A stretch of 46,382 nt of DNA from an uncultured Solirubrobacterales bacterium (GTDB lineage: Bacteria; Actinomycetota; Thermoleophilia; Solirubrobacterales; Solirubrobacteraceae), in the NCBI GenBank assembly GCA_937973575.1, contig CALJKH010000099.1:1-46382 (forward strand), written 5' to 3'. The notes under the pieces were generated by a model. It ran no database searches. It worked only from the letters and a program-made list of their open reading frames with translations, and was not told the origin of the DNA. A program made the position numbers and the translations under genes. Below, piece after piece: positions 18,243 through 27,393 of the stretch (position 1 is the first letter of the stretch; each line of letters opens with the position of its first letter).

Positions 18243-18524
18243 ATGAAAGCGATTTGGAATGGCAAAGTGGTCGCAGAGAGCGACGACACAGTTGTAGTTG
18301 AGGGAAATCACTACTTCCCACGCGAGTCGGTTGATGGCTCCTGCTTGGTTGAGAGCGACTACACAACAGTTTGCGGCTGGAAGGGCACAGCCAACTACTT
18401 CTCACTCAACGTTGATGGCGAGCTGAATAAGGACGCTGCTTGGTACTACGCAGAGCCAAAGGATGCGGCTGCCGAGATAGCCGGTCATGTCGCTTTCTGG
18501 AAGGGCGTTACCGTCGAGGCGTAG
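18243..18524 (+). CDS. DUF427 domain-containing protein
   Basis: 93 aa, MKAIWNGKVVAESDDTVVVEGNHYFP...CGWKGTANYFSL...AAWYYAEP is the typical DUF427 pattern. AAGGAGG Shine-Dalgarno upstream. Confidence 0.85.
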   Translation: MKAIWNGKVVAESDDTVVVEGNHYFPRESVDGSCLVESDYTTVCGWKGTANYFSLNVDGELNKDAAWYYAEPKDAAAEIAGHVAFWKGVTVEA

Positions 18525-18538
18525 CCAAATCGATACCT

Positions 18539-18564
18539 CACAATGCCGGTTGCCCGGCATTGTG
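18539..18564 (+). terminator. Hairpin downstream of the DUF427 gene (terminator candidate without U-tract)
   Basis: Perfect 11-bp stem CACAATGCCGG / CCGGCATTGTG with loop TTGC, 15 nt after the stop codon. Confidence 0.5.
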
Positions 18565-18616
18565 GAGGCATCACCCAAAAACCGAAGACCATCACTTCAA
18601 TTGAGAAGGCCCTGAC

Positions 18617-19645
18617 ATGAAGGTCGCGATCCTGACCGGTGGCGGCGATTGCCCTGGACTTAACGCTGTAATCCGTGCAGTGGTTCGTGTTGCGCTCGCT
18701 GCCGACCACGAGGTGATCGGTTACCGGCGCGGCTGGGCAGGTGTGCTTGATGGCGACCATGTAAGTCTTGGCCGGCGCGACATCGCCGGTGTTTTGCCGC
18801 GCGGCGGCACGATGCTGCTGTCCTCACGAACAAATCCTTTTGCCGATGGTGCCGATGGCGTCGCCGCTGTCCGGTCCCGGCTTGAGGCCGATGGAGTTGA
18901 CGCCTTAGTTGCGATTGGCGGCGAGGACACCTTGGGAGTCGCTGCGAAGCTCGCTGCCGGCGGCGTGCCGGTAGTCGGTGTCCCGAAGACGATTGATAAC
19001 GACCTGCCCGGTACCGACCGTACCTTCGGCTTTGACACTGCAGTGCAGATCGCGACGGACGCCATTGACCGCCTCCATACAACTGCCGAGTCGCACGACA
19101 GGATCATCATCGTCGAGGTCATGGGTCGCCATGCTGGCTGGATCGCAGCTGCAGCCGGACTGGCGGGCGGAGCTGACCTGATCCTGATTCCAGAGAGGCA
19201 GTTCGAGATCGAAGCGGTCTGTGCTCACCTGAAGCGGCGGCATGCGACCGGTAGGTCATTCTCGATTGTTGTCACATCGGAGGGAGCAACGCCTGTCGGT
19301 GGAGGCCTCGTTACGAGCGGGGCTGCGACCGACTCGTTTGGCCATGCCCGCCTCGGCGGAGTCGGAGTTTGGCTTGAGCAGCAGATCGCTGAGCGGACCG
19401 GGTTCGACGCTCGCGCTGTGATCCTCGGTCACCTACAGCGGGGCGGGACTCCAACTGCGACAGATCGCATCCTCGCTACCCGGCTTGGTCTTGCTGCAGG
19501 CCGTAGCGTGATGGCAGGTGAGTTTGGCCTGATGGCGGCGCTCAGGGGAACTGAGATTGAGATGGTCCCACTAGCTGTCGCACTTCAGCCGCCGCGCACA
19601 GTCGACCCAGAGTTCTACGCCGACGCAGAAGTCTTCTTCGCCTGA
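18617..19645 (+). CDS. pfkA: 6-phosphofructokinase (actinobacterial ATP/PPi-dependent group; phosphoryl donor not resolvable by eye)
   Basis: 342 aa with MKVAILTGGGDCPGLNAVIRAVV, IGGEDTLGVA, PKTIDNDL and MGRHAGWIA motifs. Confidence 0.92.
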   Translation: MKVAILTGGGDCPGLNAVIRAVVRVALAADHEVIGYRRGWAGVLDGDHVSLGRRDIAGVLPRGGTMLLSSRTNPFADGADGVAAVRSRLEADGVDALVAIGGEDTLGVAAKLAAGGVPVVGVPKTIDNDLPGTDRTFGFDTAVQIATDAIDRLHTTAESHDRIIIVEVMGRHAGWIAAAAGLAGGADLILIPERQFEIEAVCAHLKRRHATGRSFSIVVTSEGATPVGGGLVTSGAATDSFGHARLGGVGVWLEQQIAERTGFDARAVILGHLQRGGTPTATDRILATRLGLAAGRSVMAGEFGLMAALRGTEIEMVPLAVALQPPRTVDPEFYADAEVFFA

Positions 19646-19663
19646 GGTACTCGAATGCTCCTG

Positions 19664-19703
19664 ACGCAAAAAAAGGGGCCCCGCCTAGGCGAAGCCCCCT
19701 TTA
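19664..19703. terminator. Bidirectional terminator between convergent genes
   Basis: A-run, GGGGC...CGCCTAGGCG...GCCCC hairpin, then CTTT. On the minus strand the hairpin is followed by T8. Confidence 0.7.
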
Positions 19704-19722
19704 CGACTAAACCCTCACTTGA

Positions 19723-20733
19723 TCAGCAAGCGTTGTTGTAAGAGGTGGTGTTTGAGGTTGGGTTGGGATCCGTGCTCTCGCCCTTGAAGCGCGAGTAGAT
19801 CTCAGTGGTAGTAACAGTCATCTTGTGGGCAACGCATGACTTTGGCCCAGCCTTGAGGTAGTTCGGAGCTGTGATGTTCAGGTTCAGGTCGGAGAGAACG
19901 AAGCCGCCAGTTACCTCTCCCAAGCCGGAGCCGGCACCGTTAAGAGCTGGAATGACGGCTGAGAGTCGATTTCCACAACCGCTGACTGTTGCGCCGAAGG
20001 CAATCGGGGCAACGCCGTTGTCGTTGGCGAGGATCAGGTTGCAGCCGTTCAACCCCTTCTTGTTCGTCAGGTCGTTGAAGCTTCCGTTGGTCGGGCCGCT
20101 TGCAAACAGCTTGCCCTTGTAGTCACCGTTGCTCACCTTGTTGTTGCAGGGAGCGCCCTTCTTGGGAGCGCCGGCGTCTCCGTAGCACCACCATTGCGCC
20201 TTGAGGACTCCGCCCTGGTAGGCAGTCAGCTTCGTGAGGATGTATCCGATCGGCATGCAGTCGGGTCCAGCGGAAGGGTTCACTTCCCATTCGCGTGAGT
20301 ATTGGGTCGCGTCGCCGGCGGAGCAGGGAGAAGGTGCGCCAGTGATCTGCTCGCGGACGATAGACGCGCCGGTGTTGAGGATGGCCCAGCCACTACCTAC
20401 AACTGAAGCGCTGCACTTGGAGGCAAGCTCCACGACGCTCGCGTATTCGCTCAGGTTGCAAGTGGGCTTTGCGGTCTTGTTGACGGTGACTCCAGTTGGG
20501 AACACGATCCCCACCTTGCCGACTGGGTTGGGCTTCTTTGTTTCGCGTGTAGACGCAGCGTCGCGTGAGGCGAGGTAGGCCTGAACCTTGAAGTAACTGC
20601 TGTTCTTCAGGACTGATCCCGTGGCGGGGGTCATCTTGATGTCGTTGCGCTGAACGATTGCTGCGGATGCAGAACTGGCGAGAACCAGCGCGCCGATCGT
20701 GACAGTCAGTGCAGTTGTGGTTTTGCTCCTCAT
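19723..20733 (-). CDS. Secreted cysteine-rich hypothetical protein
   Basis: 336 aa with signal peptide ...GALVLASSASAA. Ten Cys by my count, including the last residue. No family recognised. Confidence 0.75.
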   Translation of the reverse strand: MRSKTTTALTVTIGALVLASSASAAIVQRNDIKMTPATGSVLKNSSYFKVQAYLASRDAASTRETKKPNPVGKVGIVFPTGVTVNKTAKPTCNLSEYASVVELASKCSASVVGSGWAILNTGASIVREQITGAPSPCSAGDATQYSREWEVNPSAGPDCMPIGYILTKLTAYQGGVLKAQWWCYGDAGAPKKGAPCNNKVSNGDYKGKLFASGPTNGSFNDLTNKKGLNGCNLILANDNGVAPIAFGATVSGCGNRLSAVIPALNGAGSGLGEVTGGFVLSDLNLNITAPNYLKAGPKSCVAHKMTVTTTEIYSRFKGESTDPNPTSNTTSYNNAC

Positions 20734-20836
20734 GGGGTCTCCTCCCGCTTTGTCATTTCGTGATTGCTACAACAGCTGTAGTGACACAGGTCACATAGTT
20801 GCACAAACACGATTCCTAATCAACAGTTGCGGTTAC

Positions 20837-21628
20837 TCACTTGCCGAACTGCGAGTACAACTCTGGCAGGATCTCCGCCAGGTTGCTGAACTCCTCTACG
20901 CAATGGACAGAGAGGCTTTCGCCAACCCCCTTCGGCGTCGCAAGCTTCCGGAAGGTAGGTCGGTTGACCACCTTGCCGACGAAGTCACCGAGGCCGCCCG
21001 GTAGATCAGGGCGCATGATCGCGCCACCCCAGAAATGGCTGCGCAGCACTGTGCCGCCATTCCCGTCATTAAGCCAAACATGTGACATGACGGTGTGGCG
21101 AACATGCAGCTTCATGTCGCCCGCCTTGCCGCAGATGATCGTCGCAACATTCGGGTCGTCCAAGGCATTACTTGAGAAGCCCACTTCAACCGGTGGAACA
21201 AACTCGATCCGCGCCTTGATCAACTCCTCGCCGAGAGTCTCAACCGGGTAGTGGGTGGCGCCCCAGTGAGCTTTAGCGGCACTGTTTGAGGACTCGAGAA
21301 TGGAGTTGTCAATGTGTGCCTGGGGGTGCCAGACCTTGTAGCGAATTGCAGCGCGTGGGTGCCAGTCAAACCACCAGTCGACCATTTCGCCCGTCACCTT
21401 TGGCATTGGTGTCAGCGCCTGCACCTTGATGGTCGAGTCGGGCATTACGCACCAGCCGCTTTCGACCTTCAGTGGCTCCGGGTCAAGCTGCCGGTCGATC
21501 TCGTCAAGGGGAAGTGCGTCGGCCGGATCCATCGGCCCGTTTGAAACTGCGGCGAGCGCCTCAGAGTTGGCTGGTGCCAATGGCCGCTTCAGATACTCCT
21601 CAAGGATTGTCTGCTCACTCGCGCTCAT
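20837..21628 (-). CDS. DAPG-hydrolase-like (PhlG-family) protein, tentative
   Basis: Track ORF 20837-21643. ATG 21628 gives an ATGA overlap with the stop of the FAD oxidase gene. The motif MVDWWFDWHPRAAIRYKVWHPQAHI resembles the DAPG hydrolase family as I remember it; unverified. Confidence 0.7.
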   Translation of the reverse strand: MSASEQTILEEYLKRPLAPANSEALAAVSNGPMDPADALPLDEIDRQLDPEPLKVESGWCVMPDSTIKVQALTPMPKVTGEMVDWWFDWHPRAAIRYKVWHPQAHIDNSILESSNSAAKAHWGATHYPVETLGEELIKARIEFVPPVEVGFSSNALDDPNVATIICGKAGDMKLHVRHTVMSHVWLNDGNGGTVLRSHFWGGAIMRPDLPGGLGDFVGKVVNRPTFRKLATPKGVGESLSVHCVEEFSNLAEILPELYSQFGK

Positions 21629-22968
21629 GGGCGATCCCACCATGTGTGGAAGAGGCTGTCGGGGTCGTACTTCGCCTTGTACTCGTCGTAGCGGGCGTAG
21701 TTCTCGTCCGTCATGAATCGAGACGGCCGCTGGGAAAGGTTCTCGTCAGCGAGTTGTGTGCCGGTCGAAAGGTGCTCCATCGCGCGCATCCGTTCAGCCG
21801 CCCACTTGCTGTGAGTCTCGTCGAGCGCAGGATCCGACCAGGCCGCGTAGGCGGAGAGGAAGATCTCGTCCTCGTTGCTAAAGGCCATGTCCGGCCGCTT
21901 TGGAGCATCCGGGTGGTTCGGGCCCCAGTTCATCCATTGCAGGTGAGAAAAGTTCTGCGTGTCAGAAGGGTCCTCGGGGAGTGTCCTCACGATCTCGCTG
22001 ATTCCCGGGATCAGCTCTGCGGCGCTGGCATGCGTCCACATGTTGTCCGGGCACCACCTGTGGTTGTCGGGGTACTGGAAGTGGACTGCGCCGAAGAAGT
22101 CCTCCATCTGCACTGGGACATACGGCATGGCCACGGTGGCCTTGTCAAGCACAGGTGAGGTCTCCAGGATTTTCGCTACCTCACGGGCCTCCTCTTCGGA
22201 GTCGGCGAAGGTTGCGCCGGCAACCGGGATCTCCTTGCCGCCGTCGAAACCGAAGTGAGGCAGGAGGATGAACTCCATCTGGATCGGGACCTGAGGGCCG
22301 ATCTCACCTGCCCATGTGAACAGCTCTTCAAGGACATCAGCCGGGTATATGTAAGCGCAGTTGACGATCGCCTTCGGCCGGTCGTAGATCTTCAGGTGGA
22401 AGCGGGTGACAACACCGAAGAAGCCTGGGCCGGAGCCACGGGCGGCCCAGTAGAGGTCCGGATGGTTGTCCTCGTCAGCCCGGACAAGCTCACCATCAGC
22501 AGTCACGACATCAACGGCTGTGACGCTCATGCAGGCGGGGCCGTAGACGCGGCTGTTCCAGCCGAATCCGCCTTGTAGGAGGAATCCGCCAATGCCCACG
22601 CCGACGCAGTGCCCAACGGGGAAGAACAGGTCGAGCGCCATGAGTTCCTTCAGGAGGACAGTGCCTTGGCAGCCGGGTTCGACGATCGCTGTCTTTTCCT
22701 CCCGGTTGATCTCAACTATTGAGTCCATGCGGGAGACGTCGATCAGGGTCGCTCCCTGTCGGATGTGGTTGCCTGACCAGCTGTGGCCGCCAGAGCGGAT
22801 CGAGACTTTACGCCCGGCAGATCGTGCGTCGTTGACCGCCTTGATCACATCGTCGGCGGTTTCCGCGAGGACAATTACGTCTGGGTTCTCATTGGGGAGG
22901 CGTCGGTTCCAGACAGCATCGCGGCGGGCGTCTTCGTAGCCGTGGTCTGAGGGGGTGAGGATGCTCAT
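21625..22968 (-). CDS. FAD-binding oxidoreductase (PCMH/BBE-like FAD_binding_4 family)
   Basis: Track ORF runs to 23037. The likely start is ATG 22968 (GAAGGAGA upstream), giving MSILTPSDHGYEDARR.... Motifs RSGGHSWSGN and GGFGWNSRVYGP. Confidence 0.9.
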   Translation of the reverse strand: MSILTPSDHGYEDARRDAVWNRRLPNENPDVIVLAETADDVIKAVNDARSAGRKVSIRSGGHSWSGNHIRQGATLIDVSRMDSIVEINREEKTAIVEPGCQGTVLLKELMALDLFFPVGHCVGVGIGGFLLQGGFGWNSRVYGPACMSVTAVDVVTADGELVRADEDNHPDLYWAARGSGPGFFGVVTRFHLKIYDRPKAIVNCAYIYPADVLEELFTWAGEIGPQVPIQMEFILLPHFGFDGGKEIPVAGATFADSEEEAREVAKILETSPVLDKATVAMPYVPVQMEDFFGAVHFQYPDNHRWCPDNMWTHASAAELIPGISEIVRTLPEDPSDTQNFSHLQWMNWGPNHPDAPKRPDMAFSNEDEIFLSAYAAWSDPALDETHSKWAAERMRAMEHLSTGTQLADENLSQRPSRFMTDENYARYDEYKAKYDPDSLFHTWWDRP

Positions 22969-23070
22969 CTGGTCATGTCTCCTTCTTCTGAGGCGATGCG
23001 GCGGGCCGGGGGCACCACAGACTACTTGCGTAGTCACGAGCTCGCAAGCCGGCGGCTCTACTCGGAGGAG

Positions 23071-23676
23071 CTAGAGAGCTTTGAGACTCTTGAGGAAGGC
23101 GGCTGCAAGCGCCTTTAGCTCTTGATGACTCAGGGCTGACCCGGGGTGGAAGACCTGAGCGGCGGTCAGACCATCCACGAAGGACGCCAAGCCCTGCGCG
23201 ATGTATGCGTCAGTTGGAAGATTGAGGCCTCTCAGAATCTCCTCCGCAATGCTGATGAACTTTGTGCGGACCTGAGCGATCAGCGGCTGGAAAGGCTCTT
23301 GGCGAAGACCTTCGAGGTAGATCTCGTAGCGGGCTGTTATCAAGTACCGGCTGTCGGCTGCGGAGATCGACTCGATCACGTTTGCGATTAGAACAGCGGC
23401 GTCGTCGATGCTGTCAATCGAGTCTTGGACCCCGAGGCTGTCGATAATCGCCAGCTCTCGTTCGACATGGGCGTTGAGGATCGCGGACATCAGGTCGGCG
23501 CGGTTACGGAAGAGGTTGCTCGTGGATCCCTCAGGCAGCCCAGCCTCACTGTCGACTGCCCGGTGGGTGAGTCCTCGGGACCCGTACTTGGCGAGGACGG
23601 TGATGGCCGCGTCAGTGACAATTCTGCTGCGCGGAGAAGCCTCGGCCTTGGGTGTCAATGACTGAGTCGAACTCAT
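23071..23676 (-). CDS. TetR-family transcriptional regulator
   Basis: HTH region RIVTDAAITVLAKYGSRGLTHRAVDSEAGLPEGSTSNLFRNRADL. Start ATG 23676 chosen; the track ORF extends to 23811. Confidence 0.85.
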   Translation of the reverse strand: MSSTQSLTPKAEASPRSRIVTDAAITVLAKYGSRGLTHRAVDSEAGLPEGSTSNLFRNRADLMSAILNAHVERELAIIDSLGVQDSIDSIDDAAVLIANVIESISAADSRYLITARYEIYLEGLRQEPFQPLIAQVRTKFISIAEEILRGLNLPTDAYIAQGLASFVDGLTAAQVFHPGSALSHQELKALAAAFLKSLKAL

Positions 23677-23857
23677 TCCGAAGCATCGTACATATGAGGC
23701 AACCTCCCCACGATCGAGATTGCTCCCAGGGTCGGGGCTGATGGCGCTGAGCTTGGCCCTCCCGACGCGCGGACCTGTAACCTCGCCCACCGAAACGATC
23801 AGGGCGAACACCTAACTCAGTTCCTGAAGTCTCGCTCTCCAACCTAAAGGACCAGCC

Positions 23858-24502
23858 ATGCCCGACAATCAGCCCGTCTACTTCCTTGGCCACTTCACGA
23901 TTAATGACCGTGACGAGTACGGCAAATACGAGAAGGGATTCTTCCCGCTGTTTGGCGGAACAGAGGGCACCTTCATGGCGCTGGATGATGACGCCACGGT
24001 CCTTGAGGGAAGCCGTCCAAAGGGGCGCACTGTGCTTCTTAACTTCCCGACTCAGGAGTCGGTCCTGGACTACTGGGACTCGGACGACTACGAGGCAATC
24101 GCCAAGCATCGGCGCGCCGGGACGACAACTCAAGCCATCTGTCTGATTTCTGGAGCAGAGGGATCAACCCCGCCCGAGCCATGCACTGACGGCAAGGCCG
24201 TTCGGTTCATTGCCCACTTCACAATCGACGACCCTGAGGCATATCGGGTCTACGAGAAGGGCTTCTTCCCGATCCTTAAGGAGCACGGTGGTCGCTTCGT
24301 GGCATACGACGATTCCCCACACATGCTTGAAGGTGAGCGCGCTGAAGGTCGCACCGTCCTGATCGAGTTCGACTCCGAAGAAGCCCTCAAGGGCTGGTGG
24401 GACTCAGCTGAGTACCGTGAGCTCGCCGCGCACCGTCACGCCAGCACGACGACCCACTGCGTCTACTACCTGCAGATGATGCGGGTCGTTATCGAGGACT
24501 GA
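23858..24502 (+). CDS. Tandem (2x) DUF1330 domain protein
   Basis: 214 aa. Residues ~7-100 and ~115-210 are clear paralogous halves (YFLGHFTINDRDEYGKYEKGFFPLF / RFIAHFTIDDPEAYRVYEKGFFPIL; RTVLLNFPTQESVLDYWDSDDYEAIAKHR / RTVLIEFDSEEALKGWWDSAEYRELAAHR). Confidence 0.85.
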   Translation: MPDNQPVYFLGHFTINDRDEYGKYEKGFFPLFGGTEGTFMALDDDATVLEGSRPKGRTVLLNFPTQESVLDYWDSDDYEAIAKHRRAGTTTQAICLISGAEGSTPPEPCTDGKAVRFIAHFTIDDPEAYRVYEKGFFPILKEHGGRFVAYDDSPHMLEGERAEGRTVLIEFDSEEALKGWWDSAEYRELAAHRHASTTTHCVYYLQMMRVVIED

Positions 24503-24514
24503 TCGAAACTAGCG

Positions 24515-25687
24515 CTAGCCCGCGAGGCTCGGCTCCTGCTCCGGGCCCCAGACTTCGCAATTGTCCCGGCGTAGAACGCTGCGCCGGGCTCTAAGCGCAA
24601 GGAGGTTGTCCAGGCCGCATTGGCTGAACAGTGCTTCCATCTCTGCGCGCTCGGACTCTGACCGTTCGGCAACTGCAGCCTGCAGTCGTTGAATTAGGAA
24701 CAGTCGATATGGGAGCACGCTCGTCGTCATCTCCTCGCCGCGCCAATCGAAGGTCACATTGCCAATGGTGCGCCTTGATGGTTTGCCTCCAACGATCGAC
24801 CCTTCTTGAATATCCGGGTCGTTGGCAAGGTGCTCGTCCATGAAGGCAACCTGGGCTTCAAGCTCGGGCATCATCTCCGCACCGATGTAGGTCAGGAGTG
24901 CGACCAAAGTCTCAGGGATCTCGTCCTCTGGAAAGAACTGCTCCGGGTAGTCGAGGTACTCGCCCGTGTCAGTAACCGGCGAGCTGATGCGTTCTGTCCA
25001 TCGGTAGACCGGCCAAGCAGTCTCCTGCATAAGTGCCGCTGGGTATGGGTCACGCGCCAAGTGCGCCCAAAGGGGACCAGCGAATGCGAAGTCGCCATTG
25101 CTGGGGAGTCCGCCGAGCAGGTACGGAGCTGTCCGCAGGTGCGCTGAGAAGAGGGAGAGGAATTGTGCGTACGACTCCTCAATCTGGGTGACTAGGTGCG
25201 GGTTCACTCCCAATGCCAGCGTCGCCTTGCGCATCAGTCCGCTCGCAAAATCGAAGAACTCAGCCTTCGCCTTATCGTCGCCGGCTGCCGCAATGAACCC
25301 CGGCAGGTCCTCTTTCAGAAATCCGAGGTTTGTGTCGTCGAAGTTCCAGCGGTAGTGCATCGCGGGCCGCATCAGGCCCTCTCCGCCGAACAGCTCCAGG
25401 ACATGACCAACGGCCCGCTGCTTAGCGGTTGCCGGGTAGATCGAGTGCTCACGAGGCTCGGCTGCTTCAAGGAAGTCGATGATCTCGATTGAGTCTTGGA
25501 TCAGCGTGCCGTCCGGAGTCTCGAGCACCGGAATGATCATGCGCCCGATCGCTGGGATCACTTCCTGCTGGTACTTGGAGTGGCCGTTCGCCCTTTCAAT
25601 GTGGTCAATGTTGCGCTTGCGCATGTACGACCGAGCTTTGGCCGAATAGAGCGATGCCGGCATTGAATAGAGGACGTACTTGCTCAT
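24515..25687 (-). CDS. Glutathione S-transferase-like protein (thioredoxin-like N-terminal domain plus long C-terminal domain)
   Basis: 390 aa. The N-terminus KYVLYSMPASLYSAKARSYMRKRNIDHIE...IPVLETPDGTLIQDSIEIIDFLE matches the GST N-domain pattern. 4-nt overlap with the IclR gene stop. Confidence 0.75.
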   Translation of the reverse strand: MSKYVLYSMPASLYSAKARSYMRKRNIDHIERANGHSKYQQEVIPAIGRMIIPVLETPDGTLIQDSIEIIDFLEAAEPREHSIYPATAKQRAVGHVLELFGGEGLMRPAMHYRWNFDDTNLGFLKEDLPGFIAAAGDDKAKAEFFDFASGLMRKATLALGVNPHLVTQIEESYAQFLSLFSAHLRTAPYLLGGLPSNGDFAFAGPLWAHLARDPYPAALMQETAWPVYRWTERISSPVTDTGEYLDYPEQFFPEDEIPETLVALLTYIGAEMMPELEAQVAFMDEHLANDPDIQEGSIVGGKPSRRTIGNVTFDWRGEEMTTSVLPYRLFLIQRLQAAVAERSESERAEMEALFSQCGLDNLLALRARRSVLRRDNCEVWGPEQEPSLAG

Positions 25688-26475
25688 AGGGCTGTGACTC
25701 CTGACGGTTCGATTAACAAATCTCGCAACTTGGTTAAGGCTTGTTTGAGTTCCGGCTCGCGCCCTTTGAAGCGCTGCGTGGGGATTGGTACTGAGATCGC
25801 AGCTACTTCACCGTCGGGTTCAATCCATGCGAAGCCAGCAGCGCAGATCCCGTCAGTGAGTTCTTCCCGGTCGAAGGCGATCCCAGTCCGCTTGACCTCC
25901 ACGAGTTCCTCCATCAGCGCTGTCTTGCTCGTCTCGGTTGCCGGAGTAAAAGCTTTAAGGCGGGCGGGCAGGAGCTCGGCTGCTCGCTTGGCGCCGACAA
26001 GAGCCAGGGTGGCCTTCCCATTTGCAGTGCAGTGGAGCGGGAACCGGGCGTTGACCTCGGATGCCGCACTGAGCCGCTGCGGCCCTTCAACCTGATCAAC
26101 GAATCTCATCTCAGTGCCGTCAAGTACCGCGAGGTCGACTGTCTCACCGAGGCGCCCAGCCAGATCCTCAATCAGTGGACGAACCCGGTCCCTCAGAGGA
26201 GGGCGGCTACCAAGAGCCAGCTCGGCAAGAGTCGGGCCGAGCCGCAAGCCGCCTGCGGGAGAGGCGCTCTCGACAAATCCCTCACGAGCCAGCGCGGTGG
26301 TGATCCGGTGGACGGTTGACCGGGGAAGTCCTACCGCTGCGGATATTTCGGCGAGGCTGCGGCCGTTGGGATGGCTCTGAAGCGCGCGGAGGATTGCGCC
26401 TGCTCTGGCGATCACTTGGATGCCGCTGTCTCCGGCGGTTTCGGTGGCGGGTTTGGTGGCGGCAGAAATTGTCAT
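25684..26475 (-). CDS. IclR-family transcriptional regulator
   Basis: Start ATG 26475 chosen (MTISAATKP...). HTH IQVIARAGAILRALQSHPNGRSLAEISAAVGLPRSTVHRITTALAREGFV, followed by the IclR effector domain. Confidence 0.9.
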   Translation of the reverse strand: MTISAATKPATETAGDSGIQVIARAGAILRALQSHPNGRSLAEISAAVGLPRSTVHRITTALAREGFVESASPAGGLRLGPTLAELALGSRPPLRDRVRPLIEDLAGRLGETVDLAVLDGTEMRFVDQVEGPQRLSAASEVNARFPLHCTANGKATLALVGAKRAAELLPARLKAFTPATETSKTALMEELVEVKRTGIAFDREELTDGICAAGFAWIEPDGEVAAISVPIPTQRFKGREPELKQALTKLRDLLIEPSGVTAL

Positions 26476-26513
26476 GCGGTTCACTCCAATTGTAGTACAG
26501 TCAATCCGCTGGT

Positions 26514-26529
26514 CGGGACAGCTGTCCCG
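26514..26529. promoter_or_regulatory. Perfect 16-bp palindrome CGGGACAGCTGTCCCG, candidate IclR operator
   Basis: Centred in the 72-87-nt divergent region between the IclR gene and the cyclase operon. Flanked by TGTAGTACA (26491-26499) and GGTACAACA (26536-26544), the latter being the reverse complement of TGTTGTACC. Confidence 0.45.
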
Positions 26530-26562
26530 CATTACGGTACAACACCTATGGGAGGGAACAAA

Positions 26563-27393
26563 GTGTCTGCCACTGATCCAATGGCCCCGTCGTCTGTCGA
26601 CCCGCGCACCGGGCTCGAGTTTTATGACCTGTCGCACGAGTGGGGTCACGATGCTCCGCTTTGGCCCTACTTCCCCGATGTCAAGATCGAACGCTTCCAC
26701 TACCACGCCAAGTCAGGCGTCCTGTCGCAGCAGATCACGACCTTCATGCACTGCACGACTCACACCGACGCACCTGCGCATGTGATCGAGGGTGCCCCGT
26801 TCATTGACGAGGTTCCGCTTGCCTCCTACTTCGGGACTGGCGTTGTCGTTTCCATCCCGAAGGAGAAGTGGGAAGTCATCACGCCGGAAGATCTTGAGGC
26901 AGCTTCGCCCCAGATCCGCGAGGGCGACATCGTGATCATCAACACCGGCTGGCACCGTTATTGGGGCGACAGCCGCAAGTACTTCGTTGAATCACCTGGC
27001 ACCTACAAGGAAGCCGGCGAGTGGATGAAGGAAAAGAAGATCAAGGGCTTCGGCATTGACTGCCAAGCGCTTGACCACCCTCTGGCGACAGCCATCGGTC
27101 CGCAGCCAAACGGGCCGCTGATTGACGGCGTCCTTGAGGACTACAAGGCCCATACCGGCCGCGAAGCAGCAGACGACTTCCCTGAGTGGGAACCATGCCA
27201 CCGTGAGATTCTCGGCAATGGCATCGTCGGGTTCGAGAACGTGGGCGGCCAAATCGACGCCGTCACGGGCAAGCGCGTGACCTTTGCAGCGTTCCCATGG
27301 CGCTGGACCAAGGGCGACGGTTGCATCGTGCGATTGGTTGCGATTGTTGACCCATCAGGCGAATTCCGCATTGGTGACGGGAGCGCTGACTAA
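26563..27393 (+). CDS. Cyclase-family (kynurenine-formamidase-like) metal-dependent hydrolase
   Basis: Motif MHCTTHTDAPAH (HxGTHxDxPxH type). GTG 26563 is preceded by GGAGGG at 6-nt spacing. ATG 26548 and ATG 26581 are in-frame alternatives; the track ORF starts at 26371. Confidence 0.88.
   Translation: MSATDPMAPSSVDPRTGLEFYDLSHEWGHDAPLWPYFPDVKIERFHYHAKSGVLSQQITTFMHCTTHTDAPAHVIEGAPFIDEVPLASYFGTGVVVSIPKEKWEVITPEDLEAASPQIREGDIVIINTGWHRYWGDSRKYFVESPGTYKEAGEWMKEKKIKGFGIDCQALDHPLATAIGPQPNGPLIDGVLEDYKAHTGREAADDFPEWEPCHREILGNGIVGFENVGGQIDAVTGKRVTFAAFPWRWTKGDGCIVRLVAIVDPSGEFRIGDGSAD

Noticed and set aside
18090-18311. N-terminal 74-aa extension of the copper-protein ORF (track start 18311)
   Set aside because: The extension has no signal-like features and would overlap the divergent DUF427 gene start. 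ATG 18089 has an AGGAGA Shine-Dalgarno and is followed immediately by a canonical signal peptide.
21472-22158. 228-aa plus-strand ORF inside the FAD oxidase gene
   Set aside because: It is antisense to a well-supported FAD-binding oxidoreductase CDS. Its composition is Arg/Val/Pro-rich, with no recognisable motifs.
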